IMG/VR virus record: IMGVR_UViG_3300031951_000061
DNA length: 37,592 nt
Direction: 5' to 3' (one strand)
Origin: an uncultured virus (IMG/VR IMGVR_UViG_3300031951_000061)
Lineage: Duplodnaviria; Heunggongvirae; Uroviricota; Caudoviricetes
Part shown: in pieces, positions 35,472 through 37,592 of the stretch
Layout of the letters: each line of letters opens with the position of its first letter
How positions within the stretch are numbered: position 1 is the stretch's first letter
Translations under genes and position numbers: made by a program
The notes under the pieces: model-generated
What the model was told of the DNA's origin: nothing
Databases searched by the model: none
The model's input: only the letters and a program-made list of their open reading frames with translations

Positions 35472-35617
35472 TAAACTCCGTAATGGCTTTTGATTGTAAT
35501 GATTGTAATGGGCAAGGTCTTATCTTTTGGGGTAATGACCTTGACTATGATGTAGAAAAATGCGATTGTAAAGATTTTGCGATTGGAACTTTATTTACTA
35601 GCGGAGAGGCTAACTAA
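35468..35617 (+). CDS. 49-aa CxxCxGxG zinc-finger microprotein
   Basis: CNDCNGQG.IFWGN..DYDVEKCDC; ATGA overlap; paralog of 35995..36180. Confidence 0.65.
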   Translation: MINSVMAFDCNDCNGQGLIFWGNDLDYDVEKCDCKDFAIGTLFTSGEAN

Positions 35618-35805
35618 TGACTAGAAAAGACTATATCAAAACCGCAAACATTTTAAAAAGTTTTGTAGATGAAATTCCGCAAACCACTTATGAAGATTTA
35701 GTAAATGAATTTGCTGAGTGGTTTAAATCTGATAATGAAAACTTTGATTTTGCAAGATTTGAAACTGCTTGCGGAATTGATGAGATTGGTTTAATTCCAG
35801 CATAA
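35617..35805 (+). CDS. 62-aa phage hypothetical protein (MTRKDY-type)
   Basis: MTRKDY...A..F..DN.NFD..RF..ACG, a pattern common in phage early genes. Confidence 0.75.
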   Translation: MTRKDYIKTANILKSFVDEIPQTTYEDLVNEFAEWFKSDNENFDFARFETACGIDEIGLIPA

Positions 35806-35835
35806 AATAAATTCCTGAGCAAGAATAAAAACTGC

Positions 35836-35970
35836 TCAAACATTTGTTCTAAAAAACCCGAGGGGTTTTCCACAGGCTTATCCACAGGCTTTACGTGTGA
35901 TTAAAAACACACCCCAGATTGTCCAGATTGTGGCGTCTGATTGGATTTTGTCAGTTTAATCTGATAGGAT
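35836..35970 (+). promoter_or_regulatory. regulatory module B: LexA-like box, tandem DnaA boxes, CRP-like box, promoter
   Basis: TCAAAC-ATTT-GTTCTA 35836-51; TTTTCCACA 35866-74; TTATCCACA 35878-86; TGTGA-N6-ACACA 35896-911; TGTCAG-N7-TGATAGGAT. Confidence 0.75.
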
Positions 35971-35994
35971 AAAGATATAACGAAAGGAAACCTA

Positions 35995-36180
35995 ATGGGA
36001 AAGTTCAAAGATACTTTAATGGAAATACTTGCTCATGATGAGTGCTATGGCGCAGGTTGGCAATTTACAGGAAATGCTATAGACTATGATGTATGGGCGT
36101 GTGAGTGTAATCCTTACAATGTTCCTGCTGATGAAATACAGGAATACCACCAATTATTCAAAACGAAGGAGAACGCATAA
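35995..36180 (+). CDS. 61-aa HxxCxGxG zinc-finger protein
   Basis: HDECYGAG...GN..DYDVWACEC; AACGAAAGG SD. Confidence 0.7.
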   Translation: MGKFKDTLMEILAHDECYGAGWQFTGNAIDYDVWACECNPYNVPADEIQEYHQLFKTKENA

Positions 36181-36272
36181 TGTATCCATATACACCTAAT
36201 AACAAAGAACAGGCACAGGCAGAGTTTGCTAGTGTTTGTGAGTGGCTACGCAACAATAAGGAGAACGCATAA
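36180..36272 (+). CDS. 30-aa microprotein flanked by 17-bp direct repeats
   Basis: AAGGAGAACGCATAATG at 36166-82 and 36258-74. Confidence 0.6.
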   Translation: MYPYTPNNKEQAQAEFASVCEWLRNNKENA

Positions 36273-36481
36273 TGGAATATACTTATTCACTTACTACTTC
36301 GTATGACGGAGAGTTAATCAATACCCTGCGAGTTAGCGATATGCTAACAGCAGTAGACGCTTGGAATAAGTGCGTGGACTATGGCTTCGCTAAAGAATAC
36401 GCAACCTATAACTTGTCAGACCCAACAGGCAAGATGTATACTAAAACCTTCTACGCCAACGGAGAGGTATCAATTAAATAA
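36272..36481 (+). CDS. 69-aa hypothetical protein
   Basis: AAGGAG SD; TAATG coupling. Confidence 0.7.
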   Translation: MEYTYSLTTSYDGELINTLRVSDMLTAVDAWNKCVDYGFAKEYATYNLSDPTGKMYTKTFYANGEVSIK

Positions 36482-36765
36482 TGGGATCAATAACAGCAAT
36501 AGGTTTAGCAGACACAACGCTAGACCTAGAAACACAATTAGCCTATCACCTGCAAGGTAATCACTATCCACCAATACCAACAGTAATGGTTCAGCCTTGC
36601 ATTGAGGCTATTGACGCATACTATGATGAGGACTATTCTCGTAAAATAGAATTGCCAATGATTGATAACTTTCAAATTAGTTGGAAAGGTAATACTTGGA
36701 CTACCGCCAGCGCATTGGTATCACACGCACACCTAGAGTGGTTTATTGAGCCAGTAGATGAGTAA
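36481..36765 (+). CDS. 94-aa hypothetical protein
   Basis: GGAGAGG SD; HLQGNHYPP...HLEWF. Confidence 0.75.
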   Translation: MGSITAIGLADTTLDLETQLAYHLQGNHYPPIPTVMVQPCIEAIDAYYDEDYSRKIELPMIDNFQISWKGNTWTTASALVSHAHLEWFIEPVDE

Positions 36766-36850
36766 AGACTTGCAAGATAAATTAGACGCATGCGCTAAAT
36801 TACTAGAGCCTATTCTATGGGAAACACTAGCAGAAATTGAGGAACAATGA
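36758..36850 (+). CDS. 30-aa microprotein
   Basis: MSKDLQDKLDACAKLLEPILWETLAEIEEQ; overlaps both neighbours. Confidence 0.55.
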   Translation: MSKDLQDKLDACAKLLEPILWETLAEIEEQ

Positions 36851-37086
36851 TTGATTTAGAAAATGATGATACTATTCAAATTGTGGACTATGTAAAAGCA
36901 GATATCTTAACTGCAGGACAGTTAATGATTGATGATTGTATTCAGGTTGCTGATGAAGTTGTATCTATCATAGATATAGTTTCATTGCCAGATGGATATA
37001 CTTTAGAAGTTGTAAACGATTTTGGTGAAAGAGATATAATTGAAGTTGGTGAATACGACCAATTTGATTTAATGGTTTTGCAGTAA
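36847..37086 (+). CDS. 79-aa acidic hypothetical protein
   Basis: GAGG SD; ATGA overlap; ORF track. Confidence 0.7.
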   Translation: MIDLENDDTIQIVDYVKADILTAGQLMIDDCIQVADEVVSIIDIVSLPDGYTLEVVNDFGERDIIEVGEYDQFDLMVLQ

Positions 37087-37134
37087 AGGGCGCCCGAGGG
37101 GGCGATTTGTCCGTTTTGGACTAATTAAGGGTAG

Positions 37135-37163
37135 TTGATATTTTTCCCAATTTATGATAATAT
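37135..37163 (+). promoter_or_regulatory. promoter TTGATA-17-TAATAT for the leaderless GP88-like gene
   Basis: ATG 6 nt downstream; no SD. Confidence 0.55.
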
Positions 37164-37169
37164 TTTTAC

Positions 37170-37592
37170 ATGACCCAATTAAAAAGATCGTTTGACAGAA
37201 AGGTTGCTAATGCCGTATCAAAAAATGGAAAGCAAGCCGCAATTGCTAACACCTTTGGATTACCTGCTGGAAAAAATTTCTCGTGCCCTGGTGCCACTAG
37301 TGTTTGTGAAAGCGTTTGCTACGCAGGCAGATTAGAAAAAGTTTATCCTGCCGTAAAGAATAACCTATTGCACAATTGGGAATTACTACGCAATGCGGAT
37401 GAACCAACTATGGTAGATCTAATTGAAAATATGATTGCAGAGTTTAGAAAAGATTGTGAAAAGAAAAACGCTAAACTACTATTCCGCATTCACTGGGACG
37501 GAGATTTCTTTAGTGATACTTACACTAGAGCATGGCAATATGTTATCTTAACTAATACAGATATACAGTTTTGGGTATACACTAGAGTAGAG
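37170..37592 (+). CDS. GP88-family (radical-SAM-like) protein, runs off the window
   Basis: Hand translation: NTFGLPAGKNFSCPGATSVCESVCYAG...FRIHWDGDFF...FWVYTR; three-Cys cluster motif. Confidence 0.75.
   Translation, partial: MTQLKRSFDRKVANAVSKNGKQAAIANTFGLPAGKNFSCPGATSVCESVCYAGRLEKVYPAVKNNLLHNWELLRNADEPTMVDLIENMIAEFRKDCEKKNAKLLFRIHWDGDFFSDTYTRAWQYVILTNTDIQFWVYTRVE

Noticed and set aside
34344..35885. Minus-strand ORFs 34344..34526 and 35688..35885
   Set aside because: Antisense to coupled plus-strand genes and regulatory modules; no RBS.
1..37592. tRNA genes, integrase or IS elements
   Set aside because: No cloverleaf or T-loop signature, recombinase or transposase motifs were recognised by eye; a tRNAscan/HMM run would be needed to exclude them.

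Overview
This window is part of a low-GC tailed-phage genome (siphovirus-like, HK97-type head). The host is probably an actinobacterium, inferred from many leaderless genes, GAAC-N4-GTTC SOS-like boxes, a GP88-family gene and an actinophage-type membrane protein. Positions 1-30.9 kb are mostly a minus-strand virion module: tape measure (partial), two paralogous tail chaperones, tail tube, neck proteins, major capsid, protease-scaffold, portal, a large LamG-like protein and many fibre or decoration proteins. A B12-dependent class II ribonucleotide reductase, a secreted lysozyme-like gene and two DUF6065-like paralogs are interspersed. No terminase was recognised. From about 32.2 kb the sequence is an accessory, probably early, region of microproteins transcribed divergently from about 33.75 kb. 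Its intergenic spacers form a repeated, ordered module of LexA-like box, CCCGAG, DnaA boxes, CRP-like box, TGTCCRNWTTG and a TGTCWG-N7-extended -10 promoter. Other highlights are G and GT tail chaperones encoded as duplicated genes rather than by frameshift, two candidate small RNAs, layered control of the lysozyme-like gene, and strong AGCT/TCGA avoidance in a window that also carries an orphan PD-(D/E)xK-like nuclease. All family assignments come from motif recognition by eye; no searches were run.
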